64,000 nt of DNA from Haliotis cracherodii (GCF_022045235.1 NW_027266264.1:48918001-48982000), one strand, 5' to 3'; shown: positions 1 to 13,388, numbered from the stretch's first letter. Translations and numbers: made by a program. Notes: generated by a model from the sequence alone, not told the origin.

Positions 1-22
1 TTCCCAAGTAGCCATCCGCCAT
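1..22 (-). CDS. Possible start of a divergently transcribed neighbouring gene (MADGYLG..., runs off the window)
   Basis: Minus strand reads aacATGGCGGATGGCTACTTGGGAA, a strong Kozak context (A-3, G+4), with CGGAAG (ETS-like) at 34-39 in CpG-retaining DNA. Only 7 codons are visible. Confidence 0.3.
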
Positions 23-1239
23 GTTCCAACCAACGGAAGCACGATATATCACATGAAATAATTTCTCACAAGAATAATATTCCAAAACTTTAAAAATACG
101 TCATTTTGTTTCTAAAAGAGACATTCGAGCAAAAACAGAATGCATACAACTGTTATTCACTTTCAACGTGGAAACTCGAATATACGTTTGTTAAAACTAT
201 ATAGGTTAACGAACTGTATGGAAAATCGGGTCTTTCAGCAGGCGCCGGCAGGCGATTGGTGTAATCTGGTTACCAGTTCCCTTTGCGCTATGACATTTGC
301 GACATTTATATCATACATTTCAGCTTTGCAAGGCATTGTATGGCATTAACAAAGAGTCGGAGCCCAGTTTATCAGATGAACAGACCCCTAACAACTGGTA
401 TTAAGTAATTAGGATTCACTGTTGCTGACGGACAAAACGGCAACAACAGCACAATTAAATACGATAAAATAAGTAATACAGCATTTTTGCCAACTTATCA
501 TTATCTAAGCAAATAGGACTGAAGTTGATTTTGTTTCTCAAATAAACTGTGTCAAGTGACCGGTTTACATTTTCGTGTATATGAAAGCCCGGCAGGGGGG
601 ATCACGTGTTCAATTTCATTATTAAATGTTACATACTGGCATTTCAAAATTCTTATTGACATTACATTTGACCGGTTACATATAGTTAAAAAAACCACTT
701 GGTAATTAAATCTAAGGGTGAGAACATTAGTTGATGCGTCTGTAAAATCTAATTTGACACACAGTTCAAAGGAGTCGGCAGACGATGAAAAAGAAACGCT
801 TTTTCCTGATTGCTATGTCACGCAACAAAACCTATGAATGTTTGACATTACAAAGCAAACCATGTTCTCGTGAAGGTTCACATAATTTGGAATACATTCT
901 GAAATCCGTGGTCATCTGAAGGGCGGTTTGGCGCAACTGGCTAGTCCTCGTAGTCGTATGTTACATTTCCGTAGCTTTAGTTTAGAGACATGTTTATCAG
1001 TTGAGCGGCGAAGGAAAGCTATTTTATTTATTCTTTCGAAATAACCTGTAATGTAAAATATTTGTTGTGATGTATAATTATATCTTTTGAGGACAGTATC
1101 TTTATTGTTGAAAAAAAACAAAACGTTTTCAGTTTGTTTGTTCAGTTACTTGTCCATCCATATACTTGTTGGTTCAGTCTCAGAGGCCTTAGATACTCTA
1201 TGTTTGTCCCTTGGTCCCCTATATGTTTATAGAACTGCC

Positions 1240-1522
1240 TCCGAGGTCTAGTGGGAGAGCGGCCGCCCGAAAGCGGAAANNNNNNNNNNNNNNNNNNNNN
1301 NNNNNNNNNNNNNNNNNNNNNNNNNNNNNNNNNNNNNNNNNNNNNNNNNNNNNNNNNNNNNNNNNNNNNNNNNNNNNNNNNNNNNNNNNNNNNNNNNNNN
1401 NNNNNNNNNNNNNNNNNNNNNNNNNNNNNNNNNNNNNNNNNNNNNNNNNNNNNNNNNNNNNNNNNNNNNNNNNNNNNNNNNNNNNNGGTGTATAAGTGAC
1501 ATAATCTTGAATTTCATTTCAT
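1240..1522 (+). mobile_element. Probable tRNA-derived SINE spanning the assembly gap
   Basis: A-box-like GGTCTAGTGG and a tRNA-like stem (CCGC-ccgaaa-GCGG) lie just before the Ns. A (ATTTC)n tail follows the gap. Confidence 0.35.
1280..1486. other. Assembly gap (207 N)
   Basis: Run of N. Confidence 1.
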
Positions 1523-1539
1523 TTTATGAATCCTCATTT

Positions 1540-1584
1540 CACCTCACCGCACCTCACCTCACCTCACCTCACCTCACCTCACCT
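1540..1584 (+). repeat. (CACCT)n microsatellite
   Basis: About 9 units seen directly. Confidence 0.95.
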
Positions 1585-1712
1585 TCGTCACGCCGAAGAC
1601 CCGGGTACGATTCCCCACATGGGTACAATGTGCGAAGCCCATATCTGGTGTCCCCCGCCTTGGTATTGGTGGACTATTGCTAAAACGCGGAGTAATAACA
1701 TACTCACTCACT
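1585..1712 (+). mobile_element. 5'-truncated tRNA-derived SINE, family A
   Basis: Homologous to 9877-10039, with B-box-like GGGTACGATTCCC and an (ACTC)n tail. Confidence 0.85.
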
Positions 1713-2739
1713 TGTGTATTTGGGATGACTCATGATGTACGTACTGCACTGGTTTATAATAGGGTTCAACCCCATCCCCACCATTGAAAAACCACATACA
1801 AATGAATAAAATATCAATAGAAGATGAATATATGTGAAGTGATGTGTCTCTCACCCTCGATTATCCAGTGTATCATCACTCTAATTTACAAGGAGCCACT
1901 GGCACTGGTTTGGGTTCGAATCCCACCTGGTCAGTTATAATATGTCCATTTTGCGCATATACAAATGGCACGTATTATACCCGAGGCACGTGATTTGCTA
2001 TTATACTGATCTTCAATTAAACTAATCTAATAATCCACACAATTATGCAGAATGAAATCACATGTGAAATATGCTTAATTTTCATAGGTTTTCGCTGTAT
2101 TGCCTACACATGTCAACTTGTTTTTATTTTGGAGACTGTATGCCATATTGTAATATTTCAATTGTTCATTGTTTGTCTTTCATGAAACTTGGTTTGGCAG
2201 ATAGGAAAAGATAAAAGACGTACACGTAAAGTTGATTATTTTCACGCAAAATTATTTTTAAATGTTTGATTGAAATGAAATGGGAAATACTGTATAACCT
2301 TAGATTGAATACAAAACGGTGACGGCGTTGACTGTGTTTGTTTGTAAACCCACGAAGTTTAACCTGGTGAATCCATAATTCAGGAATTTGAAAAGAAGAA
2401 TGCAACATTTCTTCACGGAAAGTAAATCTTCTTCATTTGCTCTTTGTTACAATGAATTTTTATTTTTGACGTATGTCCCTTCCATGTTCAACAAGAAGAG
2501 AAGGAATCAACATTTTCAAAGTCTGAGACATCCAAACCTTTTGATGGTGCATTTCAACTGATCATGCGTTGGTGATACGTAATGGATTTCTCAAACTCAA
2601 AACCCTAAAAAGCAGTTTTCCACAGCAATACATAAGAAACGAATAATGAATTTATTTGAGAATCCCATGTAGCCAATTGAATATCCCATTTTCGGTAGAG
2701 TACTTTTCGAAAATATACCAGATAAATAGGTGTGCGGAT

Positions 2740-3520
2740 TATAGTATATATCAAATCGGCATCCTCCGTTCATATACGGAGAGAGCCGAAGTCAAAGTGG
2801 GTCGGTCGTGACAGTGGCGGCAGCAGCGAGTCATTGAAGCGTACAAAGTGGTTTATTATTAGCTGTTGACAATGACGGGTGGGATCCCATCGGCATGCCC
2901 TCAGTTGACGTCGGTTGGTTGTAAAGCAGCAAACACCCCTTTGGCTTCTCAATCGGGTGGACTGGCCAGTACTAGGGCAGGATGACTTGATAAGAGTTTT
3001 GACGTGTTGCACTCGCGTGCTCGGCCGTACACTTTCGTGATTTGGGAGGGAATCGGGGAGTGGTTGTTTTGCCCCCTCCTGCCATATCGACACGTCGAAA
3101 AGTTACAGAAAGTTGCTGAAAGTTCTTGGATTACACGTGACCGTATAATCAGCGACGATGGGACGCCTGAAAGTTTCAGAAAGAGTTGAGGAACGCGAAA
3201 ACATGAGCTGATATATGTCGATGTTGTACCTCGGCTCATCCAAAAAGTTTTCGAACTTGGTGATGTTTTCTGAATGGAATCTTAGAAGATAGACTACGAG
3301 CCAGTCGCTTTGTGTTTTTCATGTGCATGTGCCGCGTGTCGTGTCAGTTGAAATGTGAACGAATAGTGTCAGTAACGGATATACGACTGGATTTATTTAG
3401 TGTCAATAGAACTTGATCATGTCTGTGGGAGACACGTGTTCCGTAAGAGAGAGAATCAAGTGGTTGCGTAATCATATATCATTACATGTCGGACTGAACA
3501 CGCGTTAACTTGAATTCCAA
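2740..3520 (+). promoter_or_regulatory. CpG-retaining promoter/5' leader region of CHSY1
   Basis: Visibly many CpGs (TGACGT, CACGTG, CGCG) immediately upstream of the CDS, against a CpG-poor intron. TSS cannot be located. Confidence 0.55.
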
Positions 3521-3566
3521 TATTGTTTCTGTAGTATTATTTTTCTTGATTTAAACATCTTGACAG

Positions 3567-4370
3567 ATGCATGGCGAACTGGGAACTACTATGGCAAAGA
3601 AGCGTAATGGAGTTAAGACCTATGCCACTTGTTTGCTCTTGGGGTTCCTTGGGGGTATACTTCTTGAAAATTATTACAAAAATAAAGTTTCCACAGGATG
3701 TGGATTACCAGATATTTGGCGTGAAGAGATTGCGGCCAGCAATGCCCCAGATGAAAATATGGCCCAAACATCATCTGACGGGCAACAAAATCAAAAACCC
3801 ACAAATAATTTTGTTTTTGTTGGAATCATGACAGCCAAAAAATTTATTGATTCAAGAGGGCTAGCAGCTCATCGAACTTGGGTTAACACGATCAATGGAG
3901 AGGTGCGATTCTTCTCAAGTGAAGGTTCCATATCCAAACATGGAGTACCTGTTGTGGCTTTACCAAATGTCGATGATTCTTATCCACCCCAGAAGAAATC
4001 CTTCATGATGTTAAAATATATGCACGATCATTTTCTTGATCAATACGAATGGTTTGTCAGGGCCGATGACGACGTCTTTGTCAAGGGAGACAAACTTGAT
4101 AAATTTCTTCGATCAATTAATAGCTCCAAACCTCAATTTATTGGCCAAGCAGGTGTTGGAAAACCAGAAGAATTGGGTCTACTCAGTTTGACTGCAACAG
4201 AAAATTTCTGTATGGGAGGGCCTGGCATGATATTTAGTCGTGAAACACTCCGTCGGATGGCACCCTATGTAAGCAACTGTCTTCAGAATTTGTATACCAC
4301 TCATGAAGATGTTGAAATCGGAAGATGTGTGAGAAAGTATGCTGGAATACAATGTACCTGGGCCTATGAG
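3567..4370 (+). CDS. CHSY1: Chondroitin sulfate synthase 1, coding exon 1 (TM anchor + GT31/Fringe-like glucuronyltransferase domain); ATG 3591 is an equally plausible start
   Basis: Hydrophobic anchor ATCLLLGFLGGILL. Motifs FVGIMTA, FFS, DDSYPPQKKSF, WFVRADDDVFV, GQAG, FCMGGPG, HEDVEIGRC. Ends ...CTWAYE at donor GAG|GTAAGA, phase 0. Confidence 0.95.
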
Positions 4371-6930
4371 GTAAGATTTTATGTTTTTTATATTACCTGT
4401 CTCCTTTTTTGTTTTTAATCTTTGTAGTTTGTATTATTTTCTGTAATTGGTGATTTTTGTCACAGTAAACAGTTAAAAACTTTAAAAGTGAAGTTCTCAT
4501 TTGCTACGTTTCATAAAGTGGATTTACTTATTAATGTGTGCCAGATATGTTTGTACAGGTTTATGAATATCAAAAATGGATTTACCTTATAAGACCAAAG
4601 GGTCATCATAAAATCATTTTGTCGTCATTTTTGTAAAATGAGTGGTAAATGACCAACATATGTTGTGTTAAACTGAATGCAACAGTGATGTTGACTAGTT
4701 GGTAGCAGAATATTTCACTGTATAGCAATACACAGGCATCACAGTATATTGTGAGCATAGACCCTTGTTTATTGTCAGTCCAACCCCTTTCTTTGTAGTT
4801 TCAAGTTTTAACTAGTGCTGCAAATATGTATTATATTTAACTACTTCTTGCTTTGTTATGATTGCTGATGAGCAAGTCATCCATGTTCACTGTTCAAGCT
4901 GTATTGCAACAATTCCTCAGAAACAGTTCAGGGATGGGGAATATCCTTCAAGGAATATGGTATGGGAGAGAATCAGACATGATTTTCTGAAGCAGTGTTT
5001 TCCAATTTTATAAAGATGGGATTGAAGAAGGAGATTTATTGTACATAAACAGTGTTAGAAATCGGCACTAGTCCTGCAGTCCTTGCCAAACTGCCCAATA
5101 GTTAAGGTATCATAAGGACAAGTAGAAATTTGCCATTTTCAGGGTTTTTGCTATGTGTTATCATTATAAGGATTAGTGGACTGAAACTGTTAGTTTCTAC
5201 TCCTGCATAAACACCCACAGGGGGGCAGGGCACAGAGCATGAACATGACTAATTATAACAGAAAGTTTTAAACATTGATATACACAATGAAATACAGATA
5301 TTACTATGATTATCTTTTTGACATATGAGAATTTGTTCTTTTATACTTTGCCTAGTTATCAAGTGGGTTACTTCTGAGAAAATTGGGGTATTTCCCTTTC
5401 TACAAGTGAAGTATCAGAACTATTTATGTTGTGGTGAACATCAGTTTTGAAGGAAGCCCTTGCTTTCCAGTATATGAGTTTGTGAGTCTGTTTTGGTTTC
5501 CTAGTTCTTCTATTCACTTAAAGTGCCTAGGCTGGGTGTGTGCCCAATCATGTCAGTGTCAACATGCTTTTTGCTTATCTGCCTGCTTCATTTCCATAAT
5601 GAGGATTGGGGTTGTTTCATACATAAACAACCACTGGGAAAGTTGCTATGACTTGCAAGACACAGAGCTGTAAGGACATATTCTGTCAGGCCATGACAAA
5701 TAACTTTTTCAGTTTTCGCCTCGCACTTAGATCGCTTCACCACCAAACACCCAGTCTTACATCATTGTCCCAAGTGTGGTGACAGGATTTGAGTTTTCAG
5801 ATCTGTTTGTTTTCAAGGACATTGACTGAATATATTCCCAAGATATTATTCAAAATTGGTAATGATATCAAAAAGTTATTAATCATTTTAATGTCCTTAT
5901 GAAATCTCTTTCAATATCACAGTCTACAGTAAGAATGTTTGTTCTTTCAACATTGTTCCGGGCATCTGTGTACATTAACTGTTCATGTACATGTCATGAT
6001 GTGATTCATATGAAGCAAGGGTGTTTAATAGGTAGGATATGGAGTATTTCATCAACTGACAAAGGTTAGCACACAGTAATATTAAAAATTAATTTGCCTC
6101 CTTACCAACATTTTCAAAATAGAGATTAAAAATGTAATTATGAATGTTATGAATCATGTTTATATCTCAGAAGTAGGGCAAAATGCTCTGATTATCCATT
6201 TGATGTGTTCAACTGGTTCACACCCTTCCTTGGGCTCATTATGTCGGACAGTATTTCAAGCCTGCATCGTCAGGTTACTTTCCACCCAGACAATTGTGTG
6301 CACAGAGTTATGTTATTGTTTTGTGCAGTCTTCACAGAACCAGTTTATGCGATGACAAGGATGGGTGTTATCGTGAATCCTACCTGTTGTTAGCAGATGT
6401 AAAGGGTGTGCTTCTTTTCAAGTTCTGGGACATCAAACAGATGCATTGATTTGCGATTACAACTTTGAAGTTTGTTAGTTGTTCAAATACTTCGTCTTTT
6501 TGAGTTTTTTTAATTGATGTCTCATGTTCCTTAAACTAAACACTTTTGTTTCAGATGATATTGAAGTGAACATTGTCTGTAACTTGAGACTCTGGTTTTA
6601 AAGTTCAAATTCATGTGATAGTTTGAATTATCCTCTGCCTGTAACTGGTAGTCCTGATATTGAACTCCTCATCTATTGCCAGGCCTGGGAATGTTCCGTG
6701 TTCTCACATTGACACATCCAGTGTAGGGGGTGACAGAGACACTTATGCACACAGTATATCGGTCTGGTGTAGTGGGACTCCAAAATATATGTTGTAACCT
6801 CATGCAGTACAAGTTTTCTAGTCTTGTTAGATATTCTCAAGTGTTCACTTTGATTCTACAACCCTCTCTCATTTATTTTCCACATCTTTCTCATATATTC
6901 TATAGTTTGAAATAATGTTCAGTTTACATG

Positions 6931-6994
6931 TAATTGTATATTGTTGTAGTGCTAATTGCATATTGTTGTAGTGCTAATTGTATATTGTTGTAGT
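6931..6994 (+). repeat. 22-bp tandem repeat x3
   Basis: TAATTGTATATTGTTGTAGTGC repeated. Confidence 0.85.
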
Positions 6995-9726
6995 ACCACA
7001 TTGTAATCTAAGGTAATAATTAGTGTCAGTATGGGCTATGTTTGTCCCATGTTAATATGGTGTGGAAACCTTCATAATTCATTAAGTATATATACTGTGG
7101 TCCTTGGAAGCAGAGTCAATGAGCAGGTGATCTGTCTCTCTCTTTGCTGAGACGTTTAAATAATTTCAGTGCAATCAATGCGTCTCGTTGAATAATCAGT
7201 GCAGTTGCTTGTTCGTGGTTGGAAGATGAAGCAATCAATTACACCGGGCATGTTTTGTTGGAATGCTAATTTAGATAGCCCATATGTTTGGTCACTGGTG
7301 AAGTGTATGTTATGTCATGCCATGTCTCGTTCACCTGTGATATTTGCATTGGCATATTTAGAATATTAATATTTGACTTGTTGAGACATGATGCTTTTAT
7401 GTAGTTTTCTAATTTCTTTTCCTTGTGTACAGTGTTTCAAATTTAGCATGCAACTCAATAGATCCTTGTCGTTATCTGGAGGCCCTTGTAGACGGGCAAG
7501 TGTCATCCTTAAAACTCGAGTGGTTGGGAATTATTCATTTATGTATTTCTTATTGTTTTATTGCAGGAAAATATTGATTTATGATGGTCATAACTTGCCT
7601 GTATTGTTAGGTATGTTTATTTGAGTGGTTTATTCCTGTGTGGCTTCACAGCACTTGGCTACTGAAAATAACACAGCTTTCGGACTAGAAGATATTTCAA
7701 GATAACACCTTTCGCCTGAAGGCAGTGACCTTAATTAGCATTGTGTACTTCACACCCTTAGCTTATCAGCTGGGAGATTAACACAAGTCTGTTGCAGCTG
7801 CTTATCACAGTGTACAGAACCCATTGAGGCCTAATTAAACATCCATTATGTGAGCTGTAGATTAGCTTGCAATACCTTGTGACATGAGAAAGTGTGTAAG
7901 TTGGATGTGGTCAACATTGACACTGATGCTTTAGTTTGGGGATATTTAAAGTCACTGAGATAAGTAGTAATAACTGTTTATTTGCATATATATTTTTCTT
8001 TTGTGGGAATGGTTACAATAAATCTTTTTCCCCTGAGGATATGGCCTCTATAATGGAGGATCAATCTGCTTTTAAATGAGATTGATTCAAGGCTGTATCT
8101 GAATAAGGTAACAGGTTTATGGTCAGAAGGTTACCACCACCAAAATGAGGGATACTGAATGCATTGTTCTGGCCTTAGTGTAAAGTGCAGTTTAACACTG
8201 TATAATTGACACAGCTTAATGTCATTGATTTAGTTCCAATCCTGGAAAACTTCACCAACGGTGAAATGACTTTGTCAAATTTATTCCCCCATCCTGGGAG
8301 GATGTCTGGTATCACATGTATTTCTCTGTTAGAAAATAGAAACATTGGATATTGGACGATTTAAAATTCAATATTCTAACTTTTAAGATATCAATTAGAA
8401 CAGGGCTGTGGGAGTTTTATAGAACATCCATAGTGTGTGGGGGGTAGCGAGAGATATACGGAGTCAATGTTAATACAATGGCAGGAGCCGGGTTTGGTGC
8501 TGGAATCATAGATGGTCCATGACATTGGAGTGGGCAAAGGGAGGGGGGGAGGTTGTCTGGAATGTCTTCAGATCAATAGCCAACATGCATTCCATCATGT
8601 GTCTGTCTGCAGGCACATGGCAGTCGACTGTGAAATAACCGTCCTTGGCCCAGAGGGCTTGAAGTAACTACCCTGATGACAGTATGATAATACAGTTGTG
8701 TTAATTGCTTTGCCGGTCAGCACAGATCACCTGTACATGCTGTAGTGAGGCTTGTATTGAAGCCTTGATCATGCTACTTTGTCATTTCTTGTCTGGGATC
8801 AAAGAACTGTTCTGTAGGTCATGTAACTGATGTATGTAACATTTCCCAGTATTTTGACAGTTGTGCTTACTGCATTGCTTGATTCTGATGGCCTACATCT
8901 GGAGCAATGGAGGTCCTCCAGTGGTCCTGTCCAAGGAATTAGGTGTGATAATTAATACAGAAAGCAAACAGTATTCCAGGATTGTTCAGGTTGCTGATTG
9001 TTCTGAGAGTGCAATTGGCAGGCAAATTTGGCAACAAATTTATGATTGACTTTTTTTTTACTGTTTTGACTTTTGTAAATTGTAAGGAATAGGGAAATGT
9101 TTTATTCAATTTGGGAATTTTTGCTGTCTCGATCTTGATAATTCCCTGCTGGTACTTGAAAAAATGTTTCTTGAATGTGTCTGAAGGACCAGCATTAGTG
9201 TCAAATGCTGTAGAGACAAGCTTGTCAAGGTTAGAATTTGAACTCCCATACTCATAACAGGTAGTATATCTTCTGTTAAGTAGACACTGGATGTGATAGA
9301 GCTTAGACTATGAACAGATACTTTTTCACTTTTTCTCCAGTGTCAGGTTGATTCCCAATAGAGCCATATACCTAATCTCGGGAAGACACAATCACCTTTT
9401 ACGTCTCTACATGTGATTCGTTGGATAAGTTAATGTGTCAGTATTTTTAAATAGTCTCCTGGACAATTTATGTGACATCAGCTTGCATTATATAATTATA
9501 GCCTTCTTAAATTCTGACTGCACACCATTGTCGGTTTGCACATTGTTGCATCCAACACAATACAATGTAAACATATGTGATATATTGTCCACTGAGTGAA
9601 TCACTCAAAAAGAGGTTATAGGTGTAATGGCACTGGTGGATTTGGAAACATTGCATTACATTTGGTATAATAGTTGCAAAAAAAGGCATTAAGTAATATT
9701 CGCCCCATATGTTAAATTTGTATTGT

Positions 9727-9876
9727 AAAGTATGGCATTAATGACACATGTACCTACTATCTGTCAACTAAAGTTTGTTTCAAGGCATCAAAGGCAGTAA
9801 TCTGACTAGTTGCTGTAAATAATGGTGAGTTGTGCGAACTACTGATCCCTTCATACACAATTTCCCTGAAATAAAT
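9727..9876 (+). mobile_element. Internal fragment of the Tc2/pogo-like MITE family
   Basis: Aligns by eye with 15700-15850 (AAGTATGGCATT...TCTGTCAACTAAAGTTTGTTTCAAGG). Confidence 0.8.
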
Positions 9877-10039
9877 GGGTGCGGTCGGGTAGCCTAGTGG
9901 TTAAAGCGTTGCTTGTCACCCCGAAGACCCAGGTTCGATTCCCAACATGGGTATAATGTGTGATGCCCATTTCTGGTGTCCCCAACCATGATATTGCTGG
10001 AATATTGCTAAAAGGGGCATAAAACCAAACTCACTCACT
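9877..10039 (+). mobile_element. Full-length tRNA-derived SINE, family A
   Basis: A-box TAGCCTAGTGG, B-box GGTTCGATTCC, body, tail GCTGGAATATTGCT...(ACTC)n. Confidence 0.9.
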
Positions 10040-10095
10040 ATAAAGTTTATCTACCAGGACTGAAATCATCACACTCCAGTATGATATTCCTATTA

Positions 10096-10342
10096 GTTGG
10101 TTGGTTGGTTTGTTGATTTACGCCTCACTCAGCAATATTCCAGGTATATGACGGCGGTCTGTAAATAATCGAGTCTGGACCAGACAATCCAGTGATTAAT
10201 ATCATGAGCATCGATCCACGCAATTGGGATCGATGACATGCATCAACCAAGTCAGTGAGCCTGACCACCCGATCCTGTTAGTCGCCTTTTACGACAAGCA
10301 TGGGTTGCTGAAGACCTATTCTACCCCGGAATCTTCACGGGG
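10096..10342 (-). mobile_element. SINE family B (no tRNA head), single-core variant
   Basis: Reverse complement of 14469-14727 with a (CAAC)n tail. Degenerate TSD TATTCCTATTA/TATTTCTGTTA. Confidence 0.9.
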
Positions 10343-10890
10343 CTATTTCTGTTATTACTGAGCTTATATGTACCTTATTCAATGCCTTGCCTACGGGTTT
10401 CTCTGAAAGGGCATGTAAGGCCACATCATTCAAAGTATTTTGTTGATTTTAAGCTTTGGATTAACTTTCTGACTATCACCAGCAGCTAGGAGATGGTGTA
10501 AATCCTGCTGAGATAGCTGAGATACCCTAAGTCTCCATGGTCCATAGTATGGGGCCTGACATTGGTTGCTGGTGGTCTTCAGCACAATGTATCATTGTCT
10601 AATAGTGTGATATTTTTAGTTTTCTCCACCCAGTCGTGAGTATTCTGTGATAAAGTACTAGTGATTGTGATATAGTACTAGTGATAGTGATATAGTACTA
10701 GTGATTGTACTGTTCTTTAGCAATTTTGTTTTTAAATAATATCAATGTAGACTAGATCTAGATCAAGCCACAATATAGCTGAAAATTCTTTTGCTGATGT
10801 GACAGATTTTTTTTTCACTCACTCTTTCCTACAGAATACAATTTCATGTAGAAAATATTTGATGTGCCTCCTAACCATATTTCCATATTC

Positions 10891-11082
10891 AGGGGGCACA
10901 GGTGGCCCACTCAAAGGTGCCGTAGTTAACTGCAGTGTTCCGTCCCTTTGGCATCCCAAAAAGCTATTATCATGGGTTTGAATCCAAGAGTCGCCCTGAC
11001 TATATGTTTCTTGGTTTGTCAGCATCATACAAGTGTAATAAGCAAAGGCCTACCTGATTCACTCACTCACTCACTTACTCAT
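10891..11082 (+). mobile_element. tRNA-Leu-like SINE, family C (internally deleted)
   Basis: Homologous to 54820-55099, with B-box GGTTTGAATCC and an (ACTC)n tail. Confidence 0.75.
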
Positions 11083-11252
11083 CAGTGAAATGTTTTTGCA
11101 AACACTGTCAGTATACCTAACTGAAGCATCAAAATAATCCTTGTTATGCTAAAAAAGCTGTGATAATGGCCCCTTGAAGCCTACAGGACCTGCACTAACA
11201 TTAGATGAGCCTACCTTTGAAGAGGCAAAGTTATCAGATCCATGTGAGTGAG

Positions 11253-11412
11253 TGAGTATGGTTTTATGCTGCTTTTAGCAATATTCCATCAATATCACGG
11301 CGGGGAACACCAGAAATGGGCTTCACACATTGTACAGGTCTATGTGGGGAATCGAACCTAGATATTCGCAAGACGAGTGGACGCTTTAACCACTAGGCCA
11401 ACTAAACACCCC
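11253..11412 (-). mobile_element. tRNA-derived SINE, family A, with 18-bp TSD
   Basis: Reverse complement of 9877-10039, flanked by CAGATCCA(T/C)GTGAGTGAG at 11235-11252 and 11413-11430. Confidence 0.9.
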
Positions 11413-12197
11413 CAGATCCACGTGAGTGAGACTTTGACAGTTCGTTTCGGACCATGCATGGAATTATGACAACACCAGATGTAGCTCGGTATAAGGCTGA
11501 AATGTGTCGTTAGGGCTTCACAGAGGTTCCCAGACAGAAGTTTGAATCTACATCCAGCCATTTTGTGGCCACAGATCAGGATACATGATCAGGCATGACC
11601 ACAGGATTGAAAACGACAGTGGGTTAACCCTATGTAGTCTGTTCCATCCAAAATTTCAGATGATGTTAGTACAGCCATTATCTGGGTTACATCCAGTATT
11701 CAGTGTGAGGGATGTGAAAGGACTGAACTCGCTTAAACTTGTCAGAAACTCTCCATTACCTCCAGAACGCAATATCACAGCAGTGAAATCATTGAGGGTG
11801 TTCGTGGAGGAAGTTCATTGTGTATAGAGACATTAAGGAAATTATGGCCTCACACATGCATAGAGATCACTTCCACAATGTTGATGGAAATATAAACATC
11901 ATTCATTATATAATACTTTTTCAACAACAGGTAGGGTTTATTGTTGTGGTGGTTACAAAATGAAGGCATGTCGGGTTTGAAGCATTAGGTACATGTGAAG
12001 GTGAATTGCTGAATTGCTCAGGATTTTTGTAAAACCAGAATGTATTGACTACTTGCTATACCATGTAGATTCCCTTCTAACCTGCAGCAACTTCAATCAA
12101 TCAGGACACACCTGCAACTTGATATGTTCTTGATCTGTTGGCCAAGTCCAGAGTAGACATTGCTCCTGCTTGAGGTTTAGAGAGGTCAAGCTACACG

Positions 12198-12301
12198 GCA
12201 TTAGTGTGATTGTCTTCATTGTACTGTGGCCAGCATTAGTGTGATCGTCTTCAATGGACTGTGGCCAGCATTAGTGTAATCGTCTCCAATGTACTGTGGC
12301 C
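12198..12301 (+). repeat. 35-bp tandem repeat x3
   Basis: GCATTAGTGTGATCGTCTTCAATGTACTGTGGCCA units. Confidence 0.9.
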
Positions 12302-12311
12302 GGGACATCCT

Positions 12312-12380
12312 GGCAGACCTAGCAGTGTGATAAGGAGACCCTGGTTCAATACCTCACTTGGGTGTATGTGAAGCTCACTC
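12312..12380 (+). mobile_element. Degraded family A SINE remnant
   Basis: GAGACCCTGGTTCAATACCTCACTTGGG...ATGTGAAGCTCA resembles the family A B-box region. Confidence 0.4.
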
Positions 12381-13388
12381 TTTCTGCATAGAAGTTGTAT
12401 CAGGACTGCAGGACTGCAAATGTTGTATCAGGACTGGGGGCTAAGTTATGTCCTTGACTTAGTGAGTAAGTGATAATTATTTCAACCCTACCAGCAGTTG
12501 TGTGGCTATTCATGGCCTCTGCTGACTACAAAATGTTCAATGTACACCTATCATCTCTCCTATATTTGATTTATTCATTTCATTTTTTGTCAAATCATAG
12601 ACCACTTTAATATGATATAAATGACACAGCTTACTACCCACTGGACATGTAACATGTGACACCAATTTGTCTAATTGTTTTGCAAAATAAAATTTTAATT
12701 ATTTCAATCATGCGTATTGCACGAAAGCCTGTTTATGAAATACACCGTACATCACTGGTTAACAGATTATCGATAATATTTAGAATAAGGAGCATCTATC
12801 ACTTGTGAATTTGTCTTGAAAGTCAATTGCCAAGTTGTGTGATTCACAAATAATTCACTTAGGCAGGTAACCATAATTCCTTGTAACTTGTTACAAGTAA
12901 TAGCCAAGCATTATGGTGTTTACAAGCAGAACCTTAATGACTGTGACTTGTCCTACAACTGGTGTGGTGCTGCTGCAGGGGCTGCACATCTTTACCGCGT
13001 TGGATAGGCTTATCTTGTTGATGCATATTTCTCTGACATGTTTGGGTTCAGGGAGTGAGCTGGGATTGAAGGATTTAGGTTGGTGAGTTATACAGATTGT
13101 ATGATTTCATAAAAGAGGCAATATTGATGATGTGTAAGGATTAGATATTGAGGGGCGAGTTATTTGAGCTGCCAAGAGCCACTGTTGTTCCTGAGTCACC
13201 ACCTTCAACAGTGTCACAGTAGGGGATAATGTCACAGGAATGTTTTATGGCAGGTTGACATCGTTTATATGCAGGATAAGAGATAGATGACAAGAAGCAA
13301 GAAAACTGAGAGGGTAGGTCAGGGTTTAGTAAGCTGACGTTCAGTTTATTTCATCATTCATACCAGTGGACCAAAATTGGGATCATTT

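Noticed and set aside
1211-1517. ORFs spanning the gap
   Set aside because: Artefacts of the N run.
2770-3239. Antisense ORFs (96-107 aa) in the promoter region
   Set aside because: No recognisable homology, and expected by chance in GC-richer sequence.
4371-4418. ORF extension VRFYVFYITCLLFCF as a C-terminal TM segment
   Set aside because: Intron read-through past a strong donor. Family similarity continues in exon 2.
9877-9950. tRNA gene
   Set aside because: A/B boxes are present, but the sequence runs into a SINE body and tail found in several copies, with no proper acceptor stem. The same applies at 54820.
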